Assembly: GCA_963422615.1 (NCBI GenBank)
Contig: OY730414.1
Location: 1-64,000 of the forward strand
DNA length: 64,000 nt
Direction of reading: 5' to 3'
DNA from: Longimicrobiales bacterium
GTDB lineage: Bacteria; Gemmatimonadota; Gemmatimonadetes; Longimicrobiales; Gaopeijiaceae
The translations under genes were made by a program, and so were the position numbers. The notes below the pieces were generated by a model. That model ran no database searches. It saw only the letters and a list, made by a program, of their open reading frames with translations, and was not told the DNA's origin. This document shows positions 51,284 to 61,047 of the stretch, piece after piece. Within the stretch, counting starts at the first letter, position 1; every line of letters begins with the position of its first letter.

Positions 51284-52981
51284 TCACTGATGGGATGAAT
51301 TTCCCATCCTAACCTCCCCTGACACCAGCTTCGGCAGCAGTGCGTCGCGTAGGGCGGCGAGGGTGCGGGATTCCGCTGTGTTTTTCTCAATGCAGGAGTC
51401 CATGGGACTAACGTAGGCGTCAAATGCTTCGATAAGTTCTAATCTGGGATTTAAGAATTGGAGCGATTCAAATTGCTTTTTGTTGATTGCCCCGAATACC
51501 GTCCCACTGTGTTCATATATACTGATATTCCCTTGTATCGACCAAGCCGAATAATAGGTAAACGAACTTGAAACGGATTTGTGCCGGAGTGCAGCAACGC
51601 CACGACCGATGCAGCACTGCTCCCAAGCCATGTTAATGTCGCCGACCGGCGCCCTGACGCTTATCAAAGTATCTCCAGGCCAAGCAATCCGAGTCGGAGC
51701 ATTACAGAACTTACGGGTCTCTGGATATCGGAAATCAAAATCAGCCCTGCCCTGGAAGAACGGAAGGCCATCGCCATCGTCATTGTACGTGTGTCCCGGG
51801 GGTGATTGTCCCATAGTCAGACTAAAGCAGTCTACCAGTGCCCTCACCTCCCACCCCTCCGGTATCTCGCCCAATCCCGAATCGACGAAGCGGTCGGGGA
51901 ACAGGGCCGCAATTTCCGGGTCCATCCTGTCGAGATAGGCGCGGGCGCGTTCGGCGGGCCAATCCGCCTTGTCTGTGCCATCACTCACCTTAGGGGGAGA
52001 GGATGTGCGCTTGGCTGGCCGCAGGGCGGCTTTGGCGCGGACGGGGTCGAAATCGACGAACCAGGACTTGAACAGGGCGCGGGCCATCGCCTCCAGCGTC
52101 TCGTTCATGCGGCGGTTCAGTTCGATCTTGTCGTCCAGTGTGCCGAGGATGTGGGCGATGGCGCGTTGTTCGGGGAGGGGTGGGAGAGGGATTTCAATGG
52201 TACGCAGGTATGTCACCGGCCGCGCAATGGCTGGAACGCCCACCTGGGACGAATTGGCGAGAAGCTGATGCTGCCCTTCCGGTGAAGTGAAATACAAAGC
52301 GATAAATTCAGGAATGGCTTTTGAACGTTTGCAACGCATGTAGAATTGGCGTTGAGAAATAACATAGCGATCAAACTTGGATCGAGCAGGAATATAGGCG
52401 ACCTGTCCAATATTGCCTGCGTGCGTGAAAATCACATCTCCACGCCTAACATTAGCGTTTGCAAGCCGCTGTGCATGCTCATAGCTAATAAAGTTGAAGC
52501 CGGGAGAGTCATCGACTCTGACGCCGTGGAGATGTTGTCCGCTGATAATGGGAACGCCGTCCGGGACGAAGGTAGAGACCTTGATTGAGGAGCCGAACGG
52601 TCCCATGGCGACTTTTTCAGAGATGTCTTCTATCGTGGCAGTAGGCCATTCCAGATATGAAGAACTACACTCCCCCCTCTTCCCCACCAACACCACATGC
52701 TCCCGCTCGATGACCCGCTGGAAGCTCTCGGACGTGCTCGCCCAGTCCACAATGTCCACGCGAAAGGGCAGTGGGGAGTCCGTGAAGGCGGCTCGCAACC
52801 TTGCCGTGCGGTCAATCCCCAAGGGTTCGTCCGTCATCAACGCGAGGTCGAGGTCGGAGGTCTCCCGTGCCTTCCAGGCCACGCGCGACCCGAAGGCGCG
52901 CACCTCCAGGGTGGGCACGTGCTCGCGCAATATGCGCCGAACCGTCTCGAGATCCGTGGGGTGGATGTCGATCGGTGTCAC
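51284..52981 (-). CDS. hsdS: Type I RM specificity subunit with N-terminal minimal nucleotidyltransferase (MNT) domain fusion
   Basis: FGSRVAWKARETSDLDL (GSX10DXD) and LPFRVDIVD; then TRD1, PPLPEQRAIAHILGTLDDKIELN, GEIPEGW, TRD2, LRDALLPKLVSGE. Confidence 0.93.
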   Translation of the reverse strand: MTPIDIHPTDLETVRRILREHVPTLEVRAFGSRVAWKARETSDLDLALMTDEPLGIDRTARLRAAFTDSPLPFRVDIVDWASTSESFQRVIEREHVVLVGKRGECSSSYLEWPTATIEDISEKVAMGPFGSSIKVSTFVPDGVPIISGQHLHGVRVDDSPGFNFISYEHAQRLANANVRRGDVIFTHAGNIGQVAYIPARSKFDRYVISQRQFYMRCKRSKAIPEFIALYFTSPEGQHQLLANSSQVGVPAIARPVTYLRTIEIPLPPLPEQRAIAHILGTLDDKIELNRRMNETLEAMARALFKSWFVDFDPVRAKAALRPAKRTSSPPKVSDGTDKADWPAERARAYLDRMDPEIAALFPDRFVDSGLGEIPEGWEVRALVDCFSLTMGQSPPGHTYNDDGDGLPFFQGRADFDFRYPETRKFCNAPTRIAWPGDTLISVRAPVGDINMAWEQCCIGRGVAALRHKSVSSSFTYYSAWSIQGNISIYEHSGTVFGAINKKQFESLQFLNPRLELIEAFDAYVSPMDSCIEKNTAESRTLAALRDALLPKLVSGEVRMGNSSHQ

Positions 52982-53397
52982 GGGTTGCGCTTCCTCAGTT
53001 CTTGCAAAAGAAGACGCATATCGCGCAGGAACTCGTCAATCAACAGGACCGTTTCCTCCGCCCGGTTCACATCGTATGTGTGGGAAGTCTTGTTCCGCAG
53101 TTCGCGGTAGCGGATGTAGGGCAGGGCTTCGCGAATGATCCCGGCATCGGCCGCGTCACGCATCCGGTCAGCGAAGTCCATCTCCCGCAAGGCGTCGGGA
53201 TTGGCGACGATTTGCGCCAATTGTCTTTGAATCATCTTGACCGCCAGCTCGTAGGTGAACTCGAACGCCTGGATGGTGGCGGCTCGGAACTGCTCTCGCA
53301 GACCGGAGTCCGTACGGGCGAGGTCGCTGTGCAGATAGTCGAAGCTCCTCCGGAGCTGATCGACGGCGTCTTCCAGGGACGAGTAGTCGAGCTTCAC
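52978..53397 (-). CDS. HEPN protein, HI0074/nucleotidyltransferase substrate-binding family
   Basis: ATIQAFEFTYEL, RNKTSHTY (RX4HxY); GGAGG before GTG; ATGA overlap with MNT::hsdS. Confidence 0.9.
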   Translation of the reverse strand: MKLDYSSLEDAVDQLRRSFDYLHSDLARTDSGLREQFRAATIQAFEFTYELAVKMIQRQLAQIVANPDALREMDFADRMRDAADAGIIREALPYIRYRELRNKTSHTYDVNRAEETVLLIDEFLRDMRLLLQELRKRNP

Positions 53398-53399
53398 TT

Positions 53400-53532
53400 C
53401 GATACCTCCCGCCTCTCCGGTATTTCCCCTCAAGTCGGTTGCGAATCGACAAAGCGGTAGGGGAAATGGACCGCAATCTCCGGGTTCATGTTATCAAAGT
53501 AGGCGCGGGTGCGTTCCGCGGGCCAATCCGGC
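53400..53532 (-). pseudogene. Degenerate copy of the hsdS central conserved region
   Basis: Reads DWPAERTRAYFDNMNPEIAVHFP-(frameshift)-RFVDS...GEIPERREV; intact copy at about 51845-51970 reads DWPAERARAYLDRMDPEIAALFPDRFVDSGLGEIPEGWEV. Confidence 0.85.
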
Positions 53533-53590
53533 TCGGGCCCCGGCAACGCCCGGAAGCCGCCGGAGCCGATCAAACAGCCGTCTCGGTCAG

Positions 53591-53944
53591 TCAGGCCCGT
53601 CCCGCGGTTCGCCGCCTTCGGATTTCAACCAGCGCGGAAGCCGCTCCGCCGGCCGCTCCGGCTAGGACCGCCGGAAGGAGCAGCGCGACGGCCAAGAAGG
53701 CGTACCCAGGCATACCTCCCAACACGTCGCCGGTGAGGTTCGCCACTTCGGCAACAGGTCCCCGGACAGCGCCCAAAGCCAGAAGAACCGCCCAACCGCC
53801 TGCCCCGGACAGGGCCGCCGTTCGGACAGGAGCCCCCCCTGCCCCCAACCCTCCCACCACCGCCCCAACGACGGGTACGGCAAGCCAGCCTGCAAGATAC
53901 GTCCCTGCCGAGACCCCAATCACGCCCGAGAGCAGCGGGATCAT
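53591..53944 (-). CDS. Small membrane protein
   Basis: Hydrophobic segments; ATGA overlap with the upstream acylase. Confidence 0.65.
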   Translation of the reverse strand: MIPLLSGVIGVSAGTYLAGWLAVPVVGAVVGGLGAGGAPVRTAALSGAGGWAVLLALGAVRGPVAEVANLTGDVLGGMPGYAFLAVALLLPAVLAGAAGGAASALVEIRRRRTAGRA

Positions 53945-56421
53945 CGTTCGGTCCCGACCAAGACCAGCTCGGCCTGCACCCAGCCGCCCGCCCGGAGGTC
54001 CTCTTCGGTGCGCGGAAAGCGCAGGTCGTCAAGCTCGCCCTGAAGCCAGCGGTCAAGCCGATCGTCGTAACGTTCGCTGACCGGATTGCCCGACTGTCCC
54101 CCGGGGAACCCGCCCCTGGCGGTGACTTCGTCGCCCAGTTCGACCACCATGCGCCAGCTCGCACCATGGGTCCCGCGCCCCACCAGGGGACTGAGAAGCC
54201 CGGGTCCGCCGGTCGCGGCAAGGCCCAGGCGGGACAAGGCCGGGAGCCCCAAAAGATGGTAGATGTTGTAGTGGGCGACCTGTCCCCAGGCCCAACCGCC
54301 CCCCTCCTCCGGGCCGTGGGCCTCCCGGGCATTCGCCAGGCCCGCCGTGAGCGCGCGTCCCAGCAGCATGTCCCGGTCCTCCACTTCCGGTGTGTCCCGG
54401 TCGTCCCACCACGGGCTGCCGGGCTGCGCGAGGAGCGCCCAAGCAATATCGGCGCCAGGGGTCGCAACGCGGCGCCCGTCTTCGTCCTCCAGCTCGTCCC
54501 AGAGCGCGTCCTCCAGGGCCGCCATGGTCCCCTCGAAGAGCACAGCGCCTTCGTTCTCCGGCGTGTAGGTACCGTCCCATGCGGCAAGGAGGCGCGCCGC
54601 GGTGTCGACTTCGGGATAGGACCGGCTGCCGTCGCGAAGGCGAGACGCCGCTTCCAGGAACGCCGCCCGGAACGTACGAGCGCGGACGCTGGAAGGATGG
54701 GTCTGGTATGACTCCAGGTCCTCCGGGCGGTGGTCCTCCCGGCCCTCCAAGAGCTCGTTGATCGTGAGCGCGCGCCACGGCTGCGACCAGTCGGCCCCGA
54801 TGTAGGTGTCCTCCGCTTCGGGATCGAAGGGCTGCTGGTTCGCGGACGCAAGATACCCCTGGGCCGGGTCCACGGAGCGAGGGTATCCTTCCCATCTTCC
54901 CAGCCAATCGGTCTTCCCGGTCGTACCGTCTTGGAAGGCGTCCCCACGGGCGCCCCGGGGGCGAAGGGGGTAGTACCCCGCGCTCTGAATCGCGATGCGC
55001 CCGTCTCTCCCTGCGACAAGGGCATTTTGCACAGGCGCGTGCCAGCCCGACATGGCGTCCAGCCAGCGGTCAACCGAGAGAGCGCGTTGCGCTCCCATGA
55101 GGGCCCGAACCTCGTTTTGGCCATCCAGGACCGTCCACCGAAGGGACATGGGTTCCCCCAACACATCGAGAACCGGCCCCCGGTGGCTGTGGCGCACGGT
55201 GTCCGTGGCGAGAAGGTCCCCGTTTCGTCCCCGGAATTCCTCTACCCTGGTGTCCAAGTCCGTCCACCCCCCGTCAAGAAGGTACCGTTCGGGAGCCTCC
55301 GGGTCGTCCAGCCGCTCCCGGTAGTAATCCATCACGTCGGCCGCGGTGTTCGTGAAGGTCCACGCCACGTTCCGATTGAAGCCGATGACGATTCCGGGCA
55401 TTCCAGCAAGGGTGACGCCGTAAACGTCTAGCACACCGGGAACCACCAGGTGCGCTTCATACCAGATGCTGGGCAGCCCTAAGGAGAGATGGGGATCGCC
55501 GGCGAGGATCGCGTTGCCCGACGCGGACCGTTCCGCTGCCACCGCCCAGTTGTTGCTGCCAACGGAAGAAGTGGGTCCGGACCACTCTGAAAGGGGATCC
55601 ATCGCCCGTCGCTCCTGGAAGGGAGCCTCCATCCGGCCGAGCGCCGCGGGGTCCGGATCCCTGGGTGGGGGAAGTTCGGTGCCCACGAAGCGCGCCCCGC
55701 GGTGGGGTACAACCGGCTCCTGGATGGGGCGGTTGACGGGAAAGAGGGCGTCGGCGGCCTCCGTCCCGACAAGGGCGGCAACCCGGGCCTTCCGGACTTC
55801 CGTAGGATTGAAGGTTAGCGTCAAGCCCATGCGCTTGAGCCCGTACAAGCTGTGCACGGGCTCCCAGCGTTGGGGACTTGCACCCAGGAGGTGGTACTCG
55901 AAGGGGCGCTCCGCCGGGGAAAGGGCGTCGACGAAGGTGTTCACGCCCTCGGCGTAGTCGTACAGCGCGCGGGAAACCTCCGGATCGTCGCGCAGTCGGG
56001 CAAAGTCCTGTTCTGCGGCCCGAGCCAGGGACAGCCGCCGGGCCCGAACATCGGCGCCGAGAAGGGTCTCCCCCAGGAGCTCGGTGAGCGTGCCCGCCGT
56101 GGCGCGGGTTTGCAGCTCCATCTGAAAGAGACGATCGCGAGCCACGACGTAGCCAAGGGCTCGTCGAGCATCGGAGACCGAGGACGCGAAAATGTGGGGC
56201 ACACTGCGGTCGTCGTAGACGACGCGGACCGAAGCGTCGAGATCGGGAATGACCGCGGTGGCGGATGGAGGGAGTTGCGCAGAATCGGCCACCCGCCAGA
56301 CCCCCCGCAACGGGTCCAAGAACGGTCCCAGGGGCGGAAACGGGCCGGCGGGACCCGCCGAAGCGGCCAACCCGACAGCCAGGACGCCAGACGACAGAAT
56401 CAACTTGGAACGTGGAGCCAC
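53941..56421 (-). CDS. Penicillin acylase family (S45 Ntn hydrolase)
   Basis: ARDRLFQMEL, GSNNWAV, DPHL, SANQ, PGGQSGNP. Confidence 0.93.
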   Translation of the reverse strand: MAPRSKLILSSGVLAVGLAASAGPAGPFPPLGPFLDPLRGVWRVADSAQLPPSATAVIPDLDASVRVVYDDRSVPHIFASSVSDARRALGYVVARDRLFQMELQTRATAGTLTELLGETLLGADVRARRLSLARAAEQDFARLRDDPEVSRALYDYAEGVNTFVDALSPAERPFEYHLLGASPQRWEPVHSLYGLKRMGLTLTFNPTEVRKARVAALVGTEAADALFPVNRPIQEPVVPHRGARFVGTELPPPRDPDPAALGRMEAPFQERRAMDPLSEWSGPTSSVGSNNWAVAAERSASGNAILAGDPHLSLGLPSIWYEAHLVVPGVLDVYGVTLAGMPGIVIGFNRNVAWTFTNTAADVMDYYRERLDDPEAPERYLLDGGWTDLDTRVEEFRGRNGDLLATDTVRHSHRGPVLDVLGEPMSLRWTVLDGQNEVRALMGAQRALSVDRWLDAMSGWHAPVQNALVAGRDGRIAIQSAGYYPLRPRGARGDAFQDGTTGKTDWLGRWEGYPRSVDPAQGYLASANQQPFDPEAEDTYIGADWSQPWRALTINELLEGREDHRPEDLESYQTHPSSVRARTFRAAFLEAASRLRDGSRSYPEVDTAARLLAAWDGTYTPENEGAVLFEGTMAALEDALWDELEDEDGRRVATPGADIAWALLAQPGSPWWDDRDTPEVEDRDMLLGRALTAGLANAREAHGPEEGGGWAWGQVAHYNIYHLLGLPALSRLGLAATGGPGLLSPLVGRGTHGASWRMVVELGDEVTARGGFPGGQSGNPVSERYDDRLDRWLQGELDDLRFPRTEEDLRAGGWVQAELVLVGTER

Positions 56422-56564
56422 GGGCCGACTTACGCTGGAGCGATCGCGGGTTGCTACTTTCCGCTTTCAATCTAATGATCAGCGGACCGCCTGAAGATAA
56501 GCTGACCCCCAGGACCGTGGGTTACGCCGCGACCTGGACCCGACCCGCATGAAGGGGGACCCGA

Positions 56565-57959
56565 ATGAAGACATTGCAATGTGCGGCCCTGGCAAGCCTC
56601 GCGGCCGCTGCGGCATGCGAAGCCGACGTTCAGACCGCGTCCGGAGGAATCGCGTTCACCCACGTGAACGTGCTTCCCATGACCTCGGCGGACGTGCTCC
56701 CGGACCAAACCGTCGTCGTGGCAAACGGCATCATCACCGCCGTGGGCCCTGCAGACGAGGTGGTCGTACCCCCCGGGGCCTTCCGGATCGACGGCGCCGA
56801 CCGCTACCTCATGCCGGGATTGGCCGAGATGCACGCTCACGTCCCGCCCGGCGACAACCCGCCCCGGGATGCGGTGGAGGACATCCTCTTCCTTTACGTG
56901 GCCAACGGCATCACCACGATCCGGGGGATGCTGGGATCGGCGTACCAGATTCCCTTGTCGGAGGAGTTGGAGCGCCAAGAAGTGCTGGGTCCGAACTTCT
57001 ACGTTGGCGCGCCTTCCATCAACGGCAACTCTGCCCCGGCCCCATCCGACGCCGAGCGAATGATCCGGGATCACAGGGAAGCCGGTTACGACCTGCAGAA
57101 GGTTCACCCCGGGGTCACGAGGGTCGCTTGGGACCGCATGGCCGAGGTCGCCCAGGAGGTGGGACTCACCTTCGGCGGGCACGTTCCGGCCGCCGTCGGC
57201 CTTGTGCATGCAATAGAGACGGGCATGTCGACCGTGGATCATATGGACGGATACGTCCAGGCCATCGCGCCCGATGAGGTCCAGGCCCAGGTGGGGGCCG
57301 GTCCGATCCGCCTGGGCGGGCTCTTGAACGGGGGGGACGAAGAGAGGCTCGCGGAGATCGTTCAATTGACGATCGAACACGACGTGTACGTGGTTCCGAC
57401 GATGTACCTCTGGGAGAACCTCTACGGAGCACCCGATGTCGAGACCGTCCTTGCCCAGCCCGAAATGCGGTACGTGGCCCGGGCGCAACGGGACGGCTGG
57501 CGCCGGCAGGCGGCAAGCGGTGCCCGGGGGACCCCTGCCGAAGTCGAGGCGTATCTGGAATGGCGCAGGCGGGTCCTCAAGGCCCTCTCGGATGCCGGCG
57601 CAGGGATTCTCATGGGAACCGACTCTCCCCAGATGTTCAACGTGCCGGGATTTGCCCTTCACCGGGAGCTGGCGGTCATGGCCGAGTCGGGGATGTCCCA
57701 CTACGACATCCTGAAGAGCGGCACGGTCGCGGTCGGAGAATACGTGGCCGGCCACTTGGGTCTTGACGGTAACTTCGGCACCGTCGCGCCAGGGCAGCGG
57801 GCGGACCTCGTGCTCCTGGGGTCGAACCCCCTGGATGACTTGGGCAACCTGACCGACCGCGTCGGGGTGATGGTGCGGGGCCGCTGGATCGATCGGGCGG
57901 AGATTGACGAAGGGCTGACGGCATTGGCCGAAAAGCACGCCGAAGGAGGGACGCCGTAG
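56565..57959 (+). CDS. Amidohydrolase family lipoprotein
   Basis: AAAC lipobox, MPGLAEMHAH, GTDSP, ADLVLL..NPL. Confidence 0.9.
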   Translation: MKTLQCAALASLAAAAACEADVQTASGGIAFTHVNVLPMTSADVLPDQTVVVANGIITAVGPADEVVVPPGAFRIDGADRYLMPGLAEMHAHVPPGDNPPRDAVEDILFLYVANGITTIRGMLGSAYQIPLSEELERQEVLGPNFYVGAPSINGNSAPAPSDAERMIRDHREAGYDLQKVHPGVTRVAWDRMAEVAQEVGLTFGGHVPAAVGLVHAIETGMSTVDHMDGYVQAIAPDEVQAQVGAGPIRLGGLLNGGDEERLAEIVQLTIEHDVYVVPTMYLWENLYGAPDVETVLAQPEMRYVARAQRDGWRRQAASGARGTPAEVEAYLEWRRRVLKALSDAGAGILMGTDSPQMFNVPGFALHRELAVMAESGMSHYDILKSGTVAVGEYVAGHLGLDGNFGTVAPGQRADLVLLGSNPLDDLGNLTDRVGVMVRGRWIDRAEIDEGLTALAEKHAEGGTP

Positions 57960-58048
57960 AGACTCCCGCATAAGGGTCCGGTCGCCTTGGCCGCCCTTGG
58001 GCGGGCCCTGCCGGAGTCCCGGGGTTTCCGGCCTCTCTCCTCAGTCCG

Positions 58049-58663
58049 TCATCCGCGTCTTTCGGGAAACGGCACCGGGAATTCCGGAAGCGAAAACGCG
58101 CCCGGAAAGCCCGCTTCGACCTCCTTCTGCTTGCCGCTCCAGGTCTCGATGTCCACGCGGTAGACAGCGGTCCGCTTCAGTTCGTCTTCGGTAACGGGCC
58201 GGTAGTCCACCCCCGGCTTCAGGTGCGGCGCGTACTTGTCAAGGAGCATTTGCAGGGCGACCCGGGCCTCCTCCCCATCCCGGACGACTTGCCCCTTCCC
58301 GAACGCGACGACGCCCGCATACTCCACCGAGAACTCCAGAGCCTCGGGTGCAGGAAGGAGGCGCCCCATGGCAGCGGCGCTGAAGGCGACCCTCTCCGCA
58401 GCCTCCAGATTGCTCCGGGTGCGGCCAGTCCGATGCGTGTGGAGATAAATGCGGCGCCCGCTTCGGTCGTCGTACACGAACAGGTTCGAATTGAGGAAGG
58501 GCTGCCCTTCCTCTCCCGTGGTCGCCAAAAAACCGTAAGGGGCTCGCTTCAGGAAGGCGGCGACCCACGTGTCGTCCTTCCCCCGATCCCTGCGGCGGAT
58601 GGCGCTGCGCACATCGTCCTTTCCAGCGTTTCCGGCTCCCACCTTGTCTTCTTTCACGCCCAC
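58049..58663 (-). CDS. Pyridoxamine 5'-phosphate oxidase-like (NimA-like) flavin-binding protein
   Basis: IRRRDR, IYLH, FSVEYAGVVAFG, WSGK. Confidence 0.85.
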   Translation of the reverse strand: MGVKEDKVGAGNAGKDDVRSAIRRRDRGKDDTWVAAFLKRAPYGFLATTGEEGQPFLNSNLFVYDDRSGRRIYLHTHRTGRTRSNLEAAERVAFSAAAMGRLLPAPEALEFSVEYAGVVAFGKGQVVRDGEEARVALQMLLDKYAPHLKPGVDYRPVTEDELKRTAVYRVDIETWSGKQKEVEAGFPGAFSLPEFPVPFPERRG

Positions 58664-58772
58664 GCTCTCCTTTTTGCGCCCACGCTCTCCGTTGTTATCG
58701 TAAACAAGAGAAAACTACGTTCGTCGAAATCGACATCAAGACGCTGCCAGGACGACCCTAAGGAACCCCACC

Positions 58773-60212
58773 GTGACCCGGAACCCCATCTCGGAGAAGG
58801 GCATTGCCCTCCTTCTCGCTGCCGCCCTCCCGGCGTGCTCCCTGGAGCCGGATCCCGTCGGGGGGGGTCCGCTCCTGATCGACGGTGGCACGGTTGTGGT
58901 CATGGACGAAGACCGGACCATCCTGGAAGGTGGGGCGGTGATTGTGGAGGGCGCACGGATTGTCGGTCTCCTGGACCGGGACGCGCCCAGGCCTTCTGGC
59001 GCCCAAGTCCTGGACGCAACCGGGCAGCTCGTCATCCCCGGTCTCGTGAACACACATGGTCACGCGGCGATGTCGCTCCTCCGCGGGCTCGCCGACGATC
59101 TGCCCCTCATGACCTGGCTGGAAGAGAACATCTTCCCGGTCGAAGCGGAGCTCGTCTCCCCCGACTTCGTGTACTGGGGAACGCTTCTGTCGTCCGTCGA
59201 GATGCTCCGGGGCGGCACGACCACCTTCGCTGACATGTACTATTTCCGGGAAGAGGTGGCCCGAGCCACCATCGAAGCCGGCATCCGGGCCATCGTGGGC
59301 CCCGGCGTCATCGGGTTCCCCGCGCCCGACTTCCCTTCGCCGGAAGCATCCCTGCAGGAGGCCGCTACGTTTCTGGATACGTACCGGAATCACCCGCTCC
59401 TGGTGCCGGGGGTCTCCGCCCACGCCCTTTACACGACGCCCCTGGGCGCTGTGGAGTCGGCCTTCCGCCTTGCCCGGGAGTACGACGCGGTGTTCCAGAT
59501 TCACGCGGTCGAAGACGCCAGCGAAGACGAACTGGCCAGGGAGGCGACGGGCATGGGGGTCGTGGAGGCGCTCGAATCCATCGGCGCCCTGCGACCGGGA
59601 ACAGTTCTCGCCCACGCCGTGTACCTTTCCCAGACAGACATCGGACGGATCGCCAACGGAGGGGCGGGCATTGCCCACAACCCGGAAAGCAACATGAAGC
59701 TGGGAATCTCCAGGGCGGCGCCCGTGACCCAGGCCCTGGCCGCGGGAATCCCGGTGGGGCTGGGCACCGACGGTCCGGCAAGCAACAACGACCTGGACCT
59801 GTTCGGAGAAATGGACGCGGCCGCAAAACTTCACAAGTTCGCCTCCGGCGATCCGGCGGTGCTCCCGGCGGAGACGGTGTTCCATATGGCAACGATGGGC
59901 GGAGCCCGCGTGCTGAACCTGCACGACCGCATCGGGTCCCTGGAACCCGGGAAAGCCGCCGATATCGTCCTTGTCGACACCCGTCGGCCTGGACTCACGC
60001 CCCGCTACCGGGTCTATTCCCACCTTGTGTACGCGGCCCGGGGCAGCGACGTCTCCACGGTGATCGTGAACGGACGAATCGTCGTGGAGGGCGGCCGAAT
60101 CCTCACAGTCGACGAGAACGAAGTGATGGAGCGCGCTCGGGCCTTCGGCGATCGAATCCGAGAGGTGGCGGAGCGCGTACGAAGCCACAGAAACCCGGAG
60201 GAGACATCATGA
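58773..60212 (+). CDS. MTA/SAH deaminase-like amidohydrolase with lipoprotein signal
   Basis: PGLVNTHGH, GTTTFADMY, HNPESNMKL, GTDGPASNN. Confidence 0.88.
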   Translation: MTRNPISEKGIALLLAAALPACSLEPDPVGGGPLLIDGGTVVVMDEDRTILEGGAVIVEGARIVGLLDRDAPRPSGAQVLDATGQLVIPGLVNTHGHAAMSLLRGLADDLPLMTWLEENIFPVEAELVSPDFVYWGTLLSSVEMLRGGTTTFADMYYFREEVARATIEAGIRAIVGPGVIGFPAPDFPSPEASLQEAATFLDTYRNHPLLVPGVSAHALYTTPLGAVESAFRLAREYDAVFQIHAVEDASEDELAREATGMGVVEALESIGALRPGTVLAHAVYLSQTDIGRIANGGAGIAHNPESNMKLGISRAAPVTQALAAGIPVGLGTDGPASNNDLDLFGEMDAAAKLHKFASGDPAVLPAETVFHMATMGGARVLNLHDRIGSLEPGKAADIVLVDTRRPGLTPRYRVYSHLVYAARGSDVSTVIVNGRIVVEGGRILTVDENEVMERARAFGDRIREVAERVRSHRNPEETS

Positions 60213-60796
60213 CCCAGCAACGCAACCGCACGAGCCCGTTCCCAGCCGCCGTCCTGGCGGCGGTCCTGGCCACCATCACCGTCGCATGCGACGGGCAGGC
60301 CCCGACCGGGGAAGCCGAAGAAAAAATCCGAATTGAGGCCTCCGCAGCCGATCCGGCTCATCAAGTCGGCGCTGACCCGGCGAAGGGTCCGGGTAGCTCC
60401 CCGTCGGAGGACGCCCCTGGAATGGGAAACCGGGAAGGTCCTCTCCCTTTGCTCCAGTTGCGAATCCGCGGCGGAGGGATCATCTCGGCCGAGGCCGTTC
60501 CCCTGGTGTACGTGGACGGAGTGCGCGTGGACAGAACCGCCGGACAGGGGGAATCGATCATGGACGATCTCGGTCCCGACAATATCGACCGGATCGAAGT
60601 TCTCAAGGGTCCGGCAGCTGTCAAGCTCTACGGAGAAGAGGCAAAAGATGGGGTAATCCAGATCTACCTGAAGGAAAGCAACTCCGGCTTCAGGGGCGCG
60701 CTGGGCGGGCTCATTGAGGAGGTCGGGGCGGGAATCAGCAAGACCGGCGAAAAAGTCAGTGAAGCCGGTGAGAAAATCCGCAAGGGCAAGAACTAG
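60209..60796 (+). CDS. Lipoprotein with a partial TonB-dependent receptor plug domain, no barrel
   Basis: TVAC lipobox; PLVYVDGV...PDNIDRIEVLKGPAAVKLYGEEAKDGVIQI. Confidence 0.8.
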   Translation: MTQQRNRTSPFPAAVLAAVLATITVACDGQAPTGEAEEKIRIEASAADPAHQVGADPAKGPGSSPSEDAPGMGNREGPLPLLQLRIRGGGIISAEAVPLVYVDGVRVDRTAGQGESIMDDLGPDNIDRIEVLKGPAAVKLYGEEAKDGVIQIYLKESNSGFRGALGGLIEEVGAGISKTGEKVSEAGEKIRKGKN

Positions 60797-61047
60797 CCCG
60801 CGCGGGGGGAGCGACGCCCGAGGTCGCCAGGGGCATTAAGCGGGCAGTAAGCTCCTGGCCCTCGTCCCCTCACATGCCAACGCAGGATAAGGCCAAGGCC
60901 GGCTGACAAGGCAAGGCCACAGCCACCTTCATCCAGGACATGGCTGAGCCGGGATCCGGGGCTTCGCGTCCGACCCGAACGGCGGACAGACCAGCCGGAT
61001 GCGCGAACCGCGCGGGTCCTCCCTGTTTCTCTCGGCGCTTCCGTCTT

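Noticed and set aside
58860..58867. G8 tract near the deaminase 5' end (and G7 near 5691)
   Set aside because: Too short to stand out in high-GC DNA, unlike the G15 in mod
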